From: Lingula anatina
Taxonomy: Eukaryota > Animalia > Brachiopoda
Assembly (NCBI GenBank): GCA_051362555.1
Contig: CM120644.1
Coordinates: forward strand, 11,244,567 to 11,308,566
Reading direction: 5' to 3'
DNA length: 64,000 nt
In this document: in pieces, positions 63,666 through 64,000 of the stretch
Layout: each line of letters starts with the position of its first letter
How positions within the stretch are numbered: the stretch's first letter is position 1
Program-made: the position numbers and the translations under genes
Notes under the pieces: model-generated
What the model was told of the DNA's origin: nothing
Seen by the model: only the letters and a program-made list of their open reading frames with translations
Database searches by the model: none

Positions 63666-64000
63666 TGCTTGTGTGTGCAAAAGAATGTGGGGGAGAATGT
63701 TGAGGAACGTCCAGCTTTTGACATTAACAAACGGGGCTTTGTTCACAATGGTTTGAAGAAAATGGTGTAGTTTTCACTTCATAAAGTAGGCACTTGATTG
63801 CACCTGTCTTCCCTGCTGTGTTGTCTCTATGTATTCCAAAAGTTGTCAGCACAATGCGGGCTACATGATGGGGATTGGCATGTGATGTTAACTTCAAAAG
63901 TTTTAAAGAATTGAGATGTTTAACCTTATTTCTATGCTCGTTTGTTATATATCAGCGCAGAATGCTGTCAAAAGTCTAGCTTAATAACATGAAAATAACA

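Overview
AT-rich, intron-containing animal genomic DNA, probably a marine invertebrate (the species cannot be determined from the sequence). I assembled four genes by hand from splice sites and reading phase. (1) + strand 484-32155: a 48-exon gene for a ~2,350-aa secreted protein made of a signal peptide, a 6-Cys chitin-binding (CBM14/peritrophin-A)-like domain, 44 tandem thrombospondin type-1 repeats (TSRs; one per exon, 38 of them exactly 144 bp) and a C-terminal WxxW (Mucin2_WxxW-like) domain. Its central TSRs alternate between two sequence classes and show signs of exon-restricted homogenisation. (2) A spliced antisense gene (coiled coil plus ubiquitin-like domain) nested in intron 19 of gene 1, in a block bracketed by two (TA)n tracts and next to a Penelope-like remnant. 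(3) - strand 44743-36963: a ~810-aa PARP-family ADP-ribosyltransferase with an N-terminal UIM, an H-Y-E catalytic triad and a C-terminal UBA-like domain. (4) + strand from ~46.6 kb: the 5' part of a probable tousled-like kinase, head-to-head with the PARP gene. Introns and intergenic DNA carry several MITE families with clear target-site duplications (TSDs), a Helentron/HINE-like element with an internal ~145-bp satellite, and mini- and microsatellites. Domain names come from motif recognition, not database searches.
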